Positions 48,039-61,726 are shown, counted from the first letter of the stretch. The stretch is DNA of 64,000 nt from Bugula neritina (GCA_964035545.1 OZ037771.1:9107408-9171407); one strand, 5' to 3'. Notes: generated from the letters alone by a model not told the origin. Made by a program: numbers and translations.

Positions 48039-51000
48039 CTAGATGACTGTCACCAGCTGCTGACTAGTAGTAAAATAGCTTACAATTCACTAACTAGCAA
48101 AATTTAGCAATTAGCAACCTGTAACTTAACAGCAGCAAATATTAACTTAAATTTCTTTTACAAAAACCAGTTATTACTACAACTATTCAAAGACAGGTAA
48201 AGCATACACCAGGTAGAAGGGAGCCTCCATCTATGCAATAGTCACTCTGCTGGCAATTTATAAAGCACCCTTGTCCTATTGTTTGGTGATGAGCTAGAGG
48301 TGAGATGAAGCCAGCTACTTTTACACACGCCATACTTATTGTGAATTTGGCAGGAATCTTGAAGGATATTGGTGCTAACTCGTGAGTAGATAGTGCACAT
48401 ATATATGTATATATAAACTAGATTTAAGCTGCATACTTATTAACTAGATTATTGTTGGGCAAGTAACACATCATAATAAAGGTGTTGCTATATAGCAGTA
48501 TTAGATAATTGCGTAATATCAATGACTTTCTCTCAGCACCAGTGCAGGAAAAAGTTTGTGTAAATTATTACTTACTACTAGTTTCTAATAGCAATAGGCA
48601 GTAGTATTCTAGAGGTTATTTGGTGAAGTATATGTAGAAACAAGTGGACAGAGTAAATCCCAAGCTTATTTTACTAGCGTGCAAAATGTTCAACTACTGG
48701 AATTCTTTCAAATTAGCACTCTTTGCTATGCACAACTATAAAAATTGTGATTTCAGATGTTTTTGAAGCTTGAAAAGGTTTCTTGAGCAGTTACTTATGT
48801 TAAGCTAACTGTTTGCATTAAATTAATTACATTATCTAATTATGTTACATAACTTACAGGTATATGCAAATTGTATTCACAGGCATGTTTGCAATCAACA
48901 TAACTTGTAATATTGTATCTATTACAGATCGGATTGAATCAGTAGTAGTTGCTTATGTTAGCATAATTATAGTTAGTCTGTAGAACACAGTACTTTCACA
49001 TCTATACTTCCAAACATCTTAATTGAGGGTTGGAAGGGGTGAACACTAAAAACATTTCTATGCAAAGTAATCAGCTGCAACAAAATGCAAATTGTTTCTC
49101 GAAAATAAAGGATTAATTTTGTCCGCACGAAAAAAAGAAATAACAATTGAAATATAATTGTGGTCAGCGGGAAGTTTAAATTTGTATGAATAAATTCTAG
49201 TTTGAGATATTATTATTTATAAAGACCAGAAATAAATGCAAACATTATATGCGTCCAAGTAAAAAATAAATCCGCATCGCCCATACATCAGGGACCAATA
49301 AATAATCAATAGTAATAACCTATTATAGTAGCAATCTATAAAAAGCCTGGTGTGTGATGTATATATCTAGTGATAGCCTTTATCCCGACTTTCTGTAACC
49401 CCTTGTGACTTGCTGCTGTCCAACCTCCCACAATAAGTAACCGAATTTCATGAGGATCTCGGCTAAGATTATGATTAATTAGCCTGAAGGTATGGAGTAT
49501 TGAACTGAAATGTCTGTATGAGTTCCAGATAATAACAGCTATGCAATAATAAACCATATAATACGGTGTATGCAATATATGGGCATATCTTCCTTTATTG
49601 TAGTATTTTATTAGACACATTATAACCATGGATTGGTTTATAGATGAGCTATGAATAATGTCTTACTCCTGGTGGGGTTTGGAAAAAACATTTTTATAAC
49701 CTGTTCTCCGTCACTATTATTAGCATCGGTAGTATTTATATGACAACACACTAATGTATGGTAAAATAGAGATCTGTTGAAGAAGCTATGAAACCATTAC
49801 TCTCATGTTGTGTAGTTTTGTTGAAATGCTATACTGTATATATATGCAAACAACTAGAATATAGTAGGTCGTAGTGCCTGCATGATTGGCAAACCCTTTC
49901 TTAATTTCAATTTTCAATATGCTCACGAGTTACATCAACAACTTGACATGACTTCATAACTTGACATGACTTCATGACTAGACATTATCACTAATATACG
50001 ATTGATTTTATTGCTACACTATAATGCTGTTTTTGGGGTACTAAATAAAAACTGAATTTAGCAATAGTCATGATTATATATAGAAAGTGAATCAATCAAT
50101 TGGATTTCCATGAGTTTCAGTGAAGTTATGAAATAATACTCTAAACATTGAAGTAGAGTAAAACTAGTGTAAAAAAGTGTAAAAACACTTTTAACAGAAC
50201 TTCATGACTTGATGTAACTTAATAACCTATCTGCATTCCATAGCTTGGCTAGGCGTGAGAAGCACAATAAAAGTAGAAAAAATATCACGTAAGCTGTGAC
50301 AATATCTTCACAGTAAATATATACATGTAGCTCTTATCTAACTGTCTGTGTGCTAAGATGTGTTGCCTTTCATTACTGGTTATTAGTTCCAGTTCATCCT
50401 CAGTAGGCAATTTCCCATAATAAAAATACTATATTAGGTAAAAAACAAACTGATTTGTGCTTCCTAACAATAACAATTTTCAAAGCCAAGATACCATAGG
50501 TTTTTCTGTTCATTTAACAGCTTACCAGCTCAGTGCAAAACAAGGGCCTCCTAATTACATGCAATTAACGTTTATTTGCAGTGAGCAACATTATTAATAG
50601 CACTTTGGTATTAAAGAAAACAAATTATTGAAATAGCATTCTTTTTAAAACATTCAACACCCTCATTTAACTAATTGTATAAACATGACTTCTTAATTTG
50701 ATTATTTTTATTAAACAGCATAAATAATGTAAGTAGCACTCAATCAATTGAAATCTCAGTCAAGTGACGATCGGAGGCTACAACTTTCATTGTTCAGTTT
50801 TCTAAATCACCGACAAGTGTTATAGTAGTAATTACTATTTGTTTTATAGCACTATTGTTTAAATGAATGAGGAATGTCAATTAGCATTTTAAAACTGAAC
50901 ACAGAAAACAAGTTCACATTTTGAAACTTTATTCTGCTTTGTAAATTATTGTTAGCTGCAAAACCCAGATGCTGCTTTAATAAAAAACAACTGTCAATCA

Positions 51001-53397
51001 ACAATTGAAATTTTATTCTTCATTATAAAAACTAGAGACAAAATTATAATTTAATAGTTGTAAAAATTCGAAAATTCTTACAAGTGGTGAAATGCAGTTT
51101 CTGCTTGTTACAAACATCAGTTATAAGAAGCATGCAGTTCTTAGAAATTAAAATTATTTTAAAAAATGTAAAAATCTAAACGTGAAAGTCTTAGTAAATA
51201 AAAATAACAAAGGTATTAATAAGATAGTGAAAGATTTATTAGGGTGCAAAAATACAGTTAAAGCTGTAAGGCAAGTACATAACACATACACAGGAGCTAA
51301 ATTCTTAAATGCTGTACTTCCGCATCTCTCTGATCATCTAATTGTGTTGACAATATGGCTGCTAAGACAAAAAACCTGTCAGTATATTTGCACACATTCA
51401 AGTTGTTTCAATTAATAATTAATTTGCACAAAATTGATCATGAGCATGAAGTAAAGGTCTAAAGATCTGTGAAAGTCTATTTGTAGCCTAAAGTTGTGGA
51501 TAAACATTTACAATTATTTTTTGTTATCAGGTATTGACTAATTCATACATTTAGAGTTTCCAAGTAAACAATAAGGAAAACCTGTGTTGTACCGAGTACT
51601 CTGCATATTCTATAACAACCTGAAATATGGTGATACCAGCAACTTGGGGGTATAGACAGTCATAATACACAATGCATGTAGAAACATCAGCTTGGTTGAA
51701 AGTTCACTTTACATCATCAATAAGGTGCATTCTGGGGCACAAATATTTTGAAGCCCACGCCATAGCGGAGAGTAAGTGAATGCAAGAGCTACTGGAGTGT
51801 TATGTGGGCACTTGAGCCAATTGATTTATTATTGAAATAAATTACTTTTAGTTTCACTTTTAAAATTAACTTTTCTAAATTAATTTTTCAATCATTTTCA
51901 AGTATTGGTGATTAGAAGCTAATGAATAGAAGCAATTTTGTACCCTCTATATACACTTAATACCTTGTAATAGCTTTTGTATAGTTATATATTTTGATAG
52001 AAGTTAGGGGAGGTTTTAGCATTTAATCTCAATCATAACTTAACTTGTGGATGATGAATTTTTAGATTCAATAAAGTACAGATTTGGGCTTTTTCTTAAT
52101 ATTTATTAACAAATGTTTCATTTAGGCTATGATGTTATAAGCTTCGGTCTCTCTGTGTTATGAATACAGAACAAATAATTATTAACTATGTTGGTGTAAC
52201 ATTATACATAAACTTTTACAAAAGCTGCTAAAGAATGTCAATAATACAAATGTACAGTAGTATAAGTTTCAGCTTTTATCTGTTGAAGAGAAACAGAAAA
52301 AACAAACAGCAACTCAATCTAAATGACTGCATGACAAGCCATTAACAATTCAAATAACCAACAAAAATTCTCTTTAAAGTTCTATCATGGTGATTCAGGT
52401 ATACTGTTTAAAGGTGACATGTTTCACTGTAATTAATCTGTCATGCCACATAAACAAATGCATGATATACATGGCATAAGTTTGCATTATTTGTCAAATA
52501 TCCCAATAGTTGAGTAAATATTGCATGTCTATAACGGTGCATAATTAATGAGCGTAGCATATTTCACTTACCATTATTACAAGAGCAAGGCCAACTCCCT
52601 ATGAAGTAGCATTTATTATTACAATACTGATATCCTTTATTTATATATCAGCTCACAGCAACATTTGAATCAGTTAAGCTAAAGAATGTGTTCACATTTG
52701 CTGTGATTAAAACTGCAAAAACAAAATTAACTTTTTTAAAGTTGGTCAATTTAGCGTATAGTAAGTCAAGTTCTAAATATACACGCTGCTACTTATTGAT
52801 ATAATAATTACTTGTTAATTTGTTTACAAAATATTTATTCTGCTCTTTCAATCCTTGAGTCATGTTTCCTATGAAATAACAGCAAATGAATGCTATTAGT
52901 GTGTGACAGTTACTGGTAAATTGTGACCATAATTAACTGGTTTATAGCTTATAAAGTTTGATTTATAAGCACAAGCCAATTTTTTTACTGAATTTTAAAA
53001 ATAGTTTGATTTTGTACTAATTCAATCGACGAAATAAACTAAAAAAATGTGTAATATTAGTAAAATTATAATTTAACAAAATACTACACAGTGCTTAAAT
53101 ATTTGTAAGCTTCTTTTTCAATTTCTAGCATGAATTCTGACTGTTAGCCACATAGCCTTGTATCAGGTTAAAAATTCTTATCTTATGTTGATGGGGTCAT
53201 AGACTATTAAAATTATAAAAAGTTGAGTTCTTTTGTAACATGAAAGTATGGTATTTTTATTGGAATATTGTTAATTAGTACAAATTATTATTATTTCTTG
53301 AAAACATTGAGCGTGCTATATCAAAGGTGCCGGGGAGGACATTTGGAAGGAAGATAGTAGAAGCTGTTTGTTATCATAAATTTTTGTTTATTTTTAG

Positions 53398-56300
53398 CTT
53401 GAAAGATCCTGGAAATCTCATAGCAGGTCCAACTAAACTGAAAAGATTGAAAAGAAAGCCAGTGAATGAGAAATTTCAAAGTTTTACTGATCTTATAGAC
53501 TCTATGCTTGATCCAAAAAAATATGACATGCAGCTACGGCCTGATTTTGGAGGTTTGTATTGTATGTAGTAGCAGGTGTGTGCAGTAGTGTGTATTGTAT
53601 GCAGTAGTGTGTAGTAGTGTATATTGTTTTTAGTAGTGTGTAGTAGTGTGTATTGTGTGCAGTTGTGTGTATTGCATGCAGTACTATGTATTGCAAGTAG
53701 TAGTGTGTACTATATGCAGTACTGTGTGTTGCATGCAGTAGGATGTATTGTAAAATACAGTTTTAATCAAAATAATTTATTAGTGACAGCTATTATTAAC
53801 ACTAGCATAGGAAAAGTTTGTGATTTAGGTCATGCATTCTGTGAAGAGTTAATTTTTGTCTTAAACAATACAGCATGTAAAAAGCTTCTCTGCTTTTCTA
53901 GAAAATATATAAGGAATAGAAACTTCCATCCTCTGCCTAAAAAGCCTTTCTAATCAGTCTTTCTAACAGGTTTTACATGTATGCAAATTTTGTTGCACTG
54001 TGAAATACATTAAATTTTGTAATGCATTTTTTTATTTTCTCTTGATTACCAATGGTATTCATTTTACTATTATAAGGTTCTGTCATGTCCTGAAATACTG
54101 AAATGATCATGAAAAAACATTTTCCAAATCATATAGACTTGGCATAGAATAAGATACTTTGTTAATTAATATAAACAAGAATGAAAGGTCATCATTAATT
54201 GTTAACTAGACCAAGTAATGAAGCAAACACTGCCAGTCTCAACTAATTACTTGTAAGTGACAATTTAATGACTTATTGACAGATGACATCAAGAATACAA
54301 TAAGGTATAAGCAGAGCCTTAGTTAGTCTCTAACACTTCCCGACTGCCTGCACATGCCAAGGACACAATGCGTTGGCTTCCCAACTACTTCACAACACTC
54401 ACTGCTCACATAACATTCACTGCCAACTACTCTCACTTACTCAGTCACTCACTCAGTCACTCAGTCACTCACTCACTCACTCACTCACTCACTCACTCAC
54501 TCACTCACTCACTCACTCACTCACTCACTCACTCACTCACTCACTCACTCACTCACTCACTCACTCACTCACTCACTCACTCACTCACTCACTCACTCAC
54601 TCACTCACTTACTCACTCTCTTTCTGAATTCGTAATGTGAACTTTCATACTATGTTGGTACATGAAAACACATAAACAATGTTCTAGCTAAAGAGAAAAG
54701 GCATCTTGAAAACTGTAGACTAAAATAACTAAACAAAGTAAACGTAATAGTGGAATAGCAAAAATATCATCATGTGGTCAAAAACTCTATTTTAATCATA
54801 ATTTAGGTATGTTGACCAGAAAGTTGACAGCTTAATGATTAATGTACTTACTTACCAAAAACAAATTGTAAGTTAAGAGTAAAAGGAAGATTTCTACATT
54901 TTACCAAAGTCACATTCAAATAAAAAAAAACCCTTTCAGCATATTTCAATTACATACCTCCATTAAAAGTAATTGTATTCTAGCAGCTTATATTCCTCAC
55001 GGCTTCTGGTAAGTTCAGGCCTATAAAATGCATGCTTTGATTGGTATTTGTAACCTTTGGACAGACATTAGAATCGCATACATTTATTAAAATAGTTGGC
55101 AATCTCACATACACTTTGATAGTCTGTAATAAATATTTATCCATCAGTGAGTTCCGGCAAACAACTTATAAGTTTAATTACCTAATGATCTCTAATAACT
55201 TCTACGGCCATTTTCATAGGAAGATGGTATATCATTGTCAACTTTTTTACTTTCTACAAACTGACCTTTTCCCTTTACAGGTCCACCCACTATGGTTGAC
55301 ATAAATATAAATGTAAGAAGTATGGGGCCAATATCTGAAGTAGACTCGGTGAGTATAAATTGATACAGATGCAGTAAGCTTTGCTACACGGGAAGGTGGG
55401 AGGGGGGTTGTTTAATGAGCTTGAGAAATGTAATGCAAGGTTATGGCTAAGCACAGCAAGATGCTGCATGTTCTCATCAACTTTTGTAAGCTACATTGAT
55501 ATACATCAGTTTAGTTTGACAAGGAATCCAAAATCTTTTGATCATGCTGATGTGTACAATAATATTATATTTGCTATAAGGCTAAGTATTCACTTCCCAT
55601 GTAGCTGAAGTTGTGCTACTCTAGTCTAAGCAATCCTGAAACAACACGGTAGATACCTGGAGTTTGATGATACTACTCATACTATGGCCTATACTTAACA
55701 TAGATTTTGTTCAAGTTATACTAATAATACTAACCACATCAAAACAGCTCAATTTGCTTTCAAGGTCTATTGGTTGCTTTTGGCTATTTAAACTGTAATA
55801 ATCTTTAATTTATAAATGTAAATTTGCTAATAATTAAATTATGGAAGTTGAGAAAAAATACTAATGTATTGAGAACCATTAAAGATAAAACATACCTCCG
55901 AAGGCCTTTGATTTTTCAAAATTTTGTTTGTAATAACTACTGAGTGCTGACATAGACATCTCTGTAACTGATGTCCGTTGCCAAGGAATAGCTGCTCACG
56001 AGTCACTGGGTCCTGTCGCTCTGTTGATGTGGTGAATGTTGCAGATGTTCCAGTTGGACTGCTACTTCCGTCAGTCATGGTATGACCGAAGGCTGAGTTT
56101 CTCTGGAAGAGGTTCTAATGACTCCATGCTGCTGTCTACATCTGTCCTGGAGAAGATGTGGTCACCTGATACCTACATAACCAATGGGAGAGGCTCTTAC
56201 TTACATCTCATCACTGTCCCTAACATGTACATTCGTATAGATCCAGATGGGAAAATCTCATTTAGTCAAAGGTGTGTGATTTACATCTACATTACGTAGT

Positions 56301-59300
56301 GCGTGCCGTGCCACACATATGGACTGTGTACCAAGGCTAAATCAACTCAAGTCAATGTTTTTCAAATGCCTCTACCCACAAGTACTTGACTTAACTTGAT
56401 TTTAAGTGACCCTTAGGTTAAAAAAATTGAATAAAAAATTAAAAAGTATCTGTGCTACTCAATGGTACACAATACACATGTGTCAACATTGCTTGATATA
56501 AAATTGTAAAACTTTCCATACAAATTGTATTCTAAGAAATCAAAAAGAACTGTTCTCTATTAGCATGTTTGATAAATGACATATAGAATCAGAAAGGATT
56601 CAATAGGCTACTTTGTGTAATGTAGAAGATGCACTATATTGTAATATGTTGTATAGTATAATATTAGAGTTTAGTATTATCAATATATGTAAGATAATGA
56701 GTACTGGTTGCCTTCAATGTAATTTTGGTGGCAAGCTTGAGAAAAGTCTAATTCAACACAATAGCCATACCAAATGATAATAAGCTATATTATATAATAT
56801 GTTACATGGCACTGCACTATATGACATATTACAGCACATGACATTATAAATTGCAGTATATTACTCAATATTGTAATATACTGCATTTTACACTATAGAA
56901 AATGATATCACAATTACACTGTTTTAGACTGACAATCAAATCAAAATGCACGATGAAGTTACAACAGTACCCCTTAGATACCCAGTCTTGTAAATTGTCA
57001 TTTGCAAGTTGTAAGTATCAATGCTTAATATTAATTCTATTGTTTTTGCAGTCACAATTTAAACTGAACTGTAGCCAAACCTATTTAATACACCTTAGCA
57101 CACATGTTTACATACTGAGTACTACTTTATATATTGTGGAGTTTTACAGCAACTTATGCTGACATTTTTAGAATTTTTTCCTAGGCAGTGTGTTAAAATT
57201 ATAAATTTCAAATATAGCTTCTCCATAAGATTGTTTTAATCGGTTAATATTTTATTGTTAACATTTATATTAATTATTCAATAAATAAAGCAGCCTTAAA
57301 ATGGTCACAAAACAATATTGTTATTAAATAACTTATTTCAACATTATTAAGCGAAATTAAGCAATATCAATACTTTTTCCTCTTGCTTTATAGAAGATTA
57401 ATAATTCAAAATCAAGGAAAGTTTAAAAAGTTTTTATGTTAGATAGGATGTGTATTTTAACATCATTATTTGCACTTTCAAGCACTAGCTAAGTGTGTTC
57501 TGGACATTGCAGGCTGTGTATCTGTATTTTTTAAAAGTTGAATCAGCTATTTGAGACGGTTAGAATACTAAAATACTTGCTTAATGCTAATATTTAATGC
57601 ATTTATGTTATGACTAAGTTTGCAATAAAGTACTTTTACGCTATAATGGCAGCAAAGTATTACCCATAACCATAGATCATAGAGATTCCTCTCAAGATAA
57701 AACACTGAAATCTTAAACAGAAAAACTGATTTGTAAATAGAATGATTATAACGGTTAATGCTTGTCTGTTGTAGTTGGGTATAAACATACTGACGTGATT
57801 TTTGTGTGGACAACAGGAAATCAGACATCTGTAGTTATTACAGAAGATATCACCATGTCTCAGTTCAAACACTTTAAAACAACAGTCGCAAATTACAGCT
57901 ACTCCAGAATGAATGACTCTAATGGTAAGCTAACTAGAAGTAGTTCAACTTCAGTTCAGTGTATCACACCCCTGTATCCAACTAAATTCATCGGCTGGAA
58001 TCTAGAACTAAATGTTTTGGTTACTGTAGCTAGCATAGAACATAGCAAACTGTAGAAAACTAACCTATGTCTACCTATAGACATGTCATGTATTGTGAAC
58101 ATCTAACCAAACTAAACATTTTTACCTTTAATAGAAGCAAAAACTAGCTTCAAACAGCTGCAGGCACCACTATCATTCTGTGCAAATCGAACCAATTTAA
58201 GGGGTAAACTAATAATGCTGACAGGCTTCTCAGCATGTGTGTGTTTGGCAGCATCTCTTGCAGGAGTTATTAGCCAAGTGTAATAATTTATAATTTTGTT
58301 CTCAATAGCATTTGCTGTCAATGGCATGAACTATGATGAGTTTAGGAGCAACTAAAATAGCATCCAAGACTTGAATATCTTGTTAAGAGAGTGTATATAT
58401 CTTGTGTTTTAGACGTAGCCTCAGTCCTTGACGCCACATTTCACATGAAACGACAGACGGGGTACTACTTGCTCAATATATATATACCCTGTGCTATGCT
58501 AGTGGCTATGTCATGGGTTACTTTCTGGTTAAACAGAGAAGCAGCTGCTGCTAGAGTCTCTTTAGGTAAGCCAATCATTGCACTGGTGTATACTATACAC
58601 TGACTAAACATTCCCATGATGTGGTTTACTAGCCCGGTTTCTGTCACTTTACCTGCAAGCAAGAATTTAATAAGCTAGGTGATAAAAGAAACAAAACTTG
58701 ATTTATAAATAAATTATTACATAAAGTGTATACTCCAGTTTTCACTTCTTTGAATGTTTTCAATCTATTACTGGATGTGTTGACAGAGGTTTTGCTCTTT
58801 TTTTAGGCATAACCACATTTCTGACAACAGTGACAATTGGCTTGTCGGGTAGATCTGACCTTCCACAACTGGACTATATTACAGCCTTGGATCTTTACAT
58901 TCTAATGACAATGGGTTATGTTTTAGCAGCTTTCTTTGAATATGCTGGTGTCAACTATTTCACTAAAATCAGTAAGCCAGACGACTGCAAACCCATCTAT
59001 GCATTCAGACCTGACGAGCTAGCAGTAAGTTTAAACCTGAGAAATTATCACGTCTTTTCTTCCTAAAATCATATCAACTATTAGCTGCGTTAATGAAGGA
59101 TGGGTGGTGGTCCATTCATATTTGAGATTTTCCACATCATAAACTGTAAAATGGAAAACTGATTTACAAGCAGCTACTCTTAAGAAATCCCTGACATACT
59201 TCATTTACTAAGAATTAAAACATTTATGGATTTATCATTGCTATCATCTACACACAGTCTGTTTGCTGGTTATATGTTCTAATAAGTTTGCTTATAATAA

Positions 59301-60384
59301 ATGTTTGTTTGGGTATGCAGTTCATGGTATTATGCAACTAATATTAATCATTGCCGATTTTCATTGCATGCTACTTCTAGCTGCTGCATCACACAGCTTA
59401 CTCACTGAGCTGGCTTAAAGGTTTAAACAGAGCCGAACAAAACGACATCGGCATAAACGCAAACTTTTTATAAAACAAAGTTTTTTGTGCATACAACCCT
59501 CTAGCAGTATGTAGATAATAGCTAAGATAATATATAAATATTTTGCTACTGCATAAAAGAAGTGTTTCAGAAATTTTCCAAGACAGTTAATTATACATTT
59601 TTGTGCTCTCATTGCTTTTTTCGCTACGGAAAAAATGTACTAATGAGTTTATAACCAAATTAGATTGGGCGGGTCAGTACAAAACGTTATTTTTCCAGTT
59701 GTGATTTGCTATGCTGCAAAACACAAACAGTGATATATAATTAATATCAATTTAACTCTTTAACTTTTACAAGAATTCAGTGCAAGTTGTTAATTGCCAG
59801 CAGTTGATGAAGTATAGACATGCTGGACAACAGCTTTAACCTAATTTATAGTTAAAGTCAACAAGAGGTGTAGGTAGCATCCAGTGCTCAACTAATTTCT
59901 TAAATACATATCATACTTTGAAGTGTGTTCAAAACATTGCACAGGTAGCTTTGAATCATCAACTTAGTTAATCAGCCACTAACACATGTCAAAACTGTGA
60001 ATTCCTTTAACCCATTAAATGCAACTTATTACAGCTCATTCATTCATAACACATTCATCAACATAATATTCTTGCACTAAACTTTAAAAGCTAGTTAGTA
60101 TACTGTTTCCATAAGAAAGTGCTGTTAAACCATATTATGTTTGAATTTAGCCTCCATCTCCACCGGCCCACCAACGAATGAAGAGGAGAAGTTGCCTTAC
60201 CAAGTTCCTGCTATGCTTCTTGGGACATGTTGGTTACCGAGGAAAGTTAAAAGCACATAAAAATGAGATGAACAGCGTGAGCAAGATAGACATTGTAGCT
60301 AGAATACTTTTCCCTTTGACATTTCTTATACTCAACGTACTTTACTACTTGGCATATGTTCATTTCAGTTTCAATCAGACCTGA
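53398..60384 (+). CDS. GABA-A receptor alpha/gamma-clade (GRD/8916-like) Cys-loop subunit, 5'-partial (signal-peptide exon not identified)
   Basis: Exons 53398-53552 (YDMQLRPDFG), 55281-55348 (VRSMGPISEVD), 56045-56271 (DCYFRQSW, WSPDTY), 56928-57010 (Cys-loop CTMKLQQYPLDTQSC), 57775-57924, 58413-58565 (RQTGYYLLNIYIPC..WLNREAAAARVSLG), 58807-59024 (M2-M3), 60151-60384 (NSVSKIDIVARILFP, TGA). RSMGPISE, DCYFRQ, WLNREA and NSVSKID are hallmarks of the GRD/8916/alpha clade. Confidence 0.9.
53560..53750. repeat. Degenerate GT/GTAGT-rich minisatellite
   Basis: Starts right after the donor at 53553. Confidence 0.75.
54432..54618. repeat. (TCAC)n tetranucleotide microsatellite
   Basis: About 45 copies. 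Confidence 0.97.
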
Positions 60385-60985
60385 TAATAATTAAAAACTT
60401 CATCTTAAGTGTAATGTGTAGCCTATTCGAGAATTTCTTAGTAGAAAAATAGTGATACTAGAAAAAATTCAAAAATATGTTTTGCTGTATATATTTTTTA
60501 TTATTTTTACAAAAATATACAGTTTAATATTAACACTGTATTTTGACTCCTACTATGAGTATGTATTATTATCAATATAATTTGCTTCAATAACATACTT
60601 GATGCTTTTGCTAAAGAGCAGCTTCAACTTAGTACTGTCAAGAGTATCTCACCATTTCATTATGATGCAGTTGAAATGTATTCTATTTTTGATCCATAAG
60701 TTGGGTTGTACTTTACTATACTGTATATGTGATATTTTACTACTAATTTAATATTTTAAATTGAAAGAATGGAGATACATATTTTCCACAGCCTTCAATC
60801 ATTATTAACAATGTTTCACCTGTTTGCTTTTTTAAATTTTTATGCTAGCCATATACTTTCTACTAAAGAAAACCCTTTTTCGGATATTAACGGAATAAAA
60901 GTTTTAATCAAATGAACACTAACAGCTTATAACTTAGAACTGATTGAAGTCTACAAGGATCCTTGACCAAAAGCCAAGTGGCTAA

Positions 60986-61284
60986 GAGCAGCCGTGGTCT
61001 AGGGGTTTGCATAGTAAACTCAAAGTCATGGGTTTAAGCCCCGACAAAGACCATTGGTGATGTTAGGAAGGGCATCCAGTAATAATTGCTCATGTGCCTC
61101 ATCTGAAAATTCTTTAGCCCGATATAACAAAAACCCTTTTCATCAGGGGTTACTCACAAGAATAGAGACTTTAAACTTGCGTGAGCTTTTAAGAGCTGCG
61201 AAGCACGGGATGCCGTCCCTGACATCATTACCAGACTAAGGATTCACCATAGGTCAGCACTCTAACTACTATACCGGGCTGCTC
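60986..61284. mobile_element. tRNA-derived SINE (+, 60986-61177) abutting a second inverted SINE 5' part (-, ~61178-61284)
   Basis: Plus copy: GAGCAGCCGTGGTCTAG..GGTTTAAGCCCC..ATTGGTGATGTTAGGAAGGGCATCCAG..GAGACTTTAAAC. Minus copy: GAGCAGCCCGGTATAGTAGTTAGAGTGCTG..GATGTCAGGGACGGCATCCC. Confidence 0.65.
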
Positions 61285-61430
61285 ACAGCTAGCACCATTA
61301 TCATGTCTAGCAGTAAAAGAATATAACAACAGGCTACTTCTGTACTAATAGGAGGCCCCTAGTAAAGTTATGATTCATACCGGCTACATTATTAGTATTT
61401 AAGTTATTGCTAAAAGTGAGGATATAGTCA

Positions 61431-61726
61431 TTATGATTTTAGGTAGAAATAGCACAGGTAATAATGGCACAGGTAATAATAGTACAAATGGTAAAGTAGG
61501 CAAAAATGGCACACTGTTGTTAAATTTTCCCAAACCCCAAACCCCCAACTCTTAAACCCCAACCCCAAACTCAAGCTCCCATTCCCAAAGCTAAACCCCC
61601 CATTCCAAACCCCCACCACCACCCCAAACCCTAATATTTAAAATGTGCTAGTTTTACCTACTTTGCCATTTGTAACATTTTTACCTGTGCCATTATTATC
61701 TGTGCCATTTTTACTGGGCACCATAA
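61431..61726. mobile_element. Foldback MITE-like element, copy 2
   Basis: Same arms, core and CTAATATT.AAAATGTGC junction as 28815-29059; the core has expanded into AAACCCC repeats. Confidence 0.8.

Noticed and set aside
59381-59420. Possible extra M3-M4 loop exon of the alpha-like gene
   Set aside because: 40 nt would break the frame, the donor is weak, and 59024->60151 already joins in frame.
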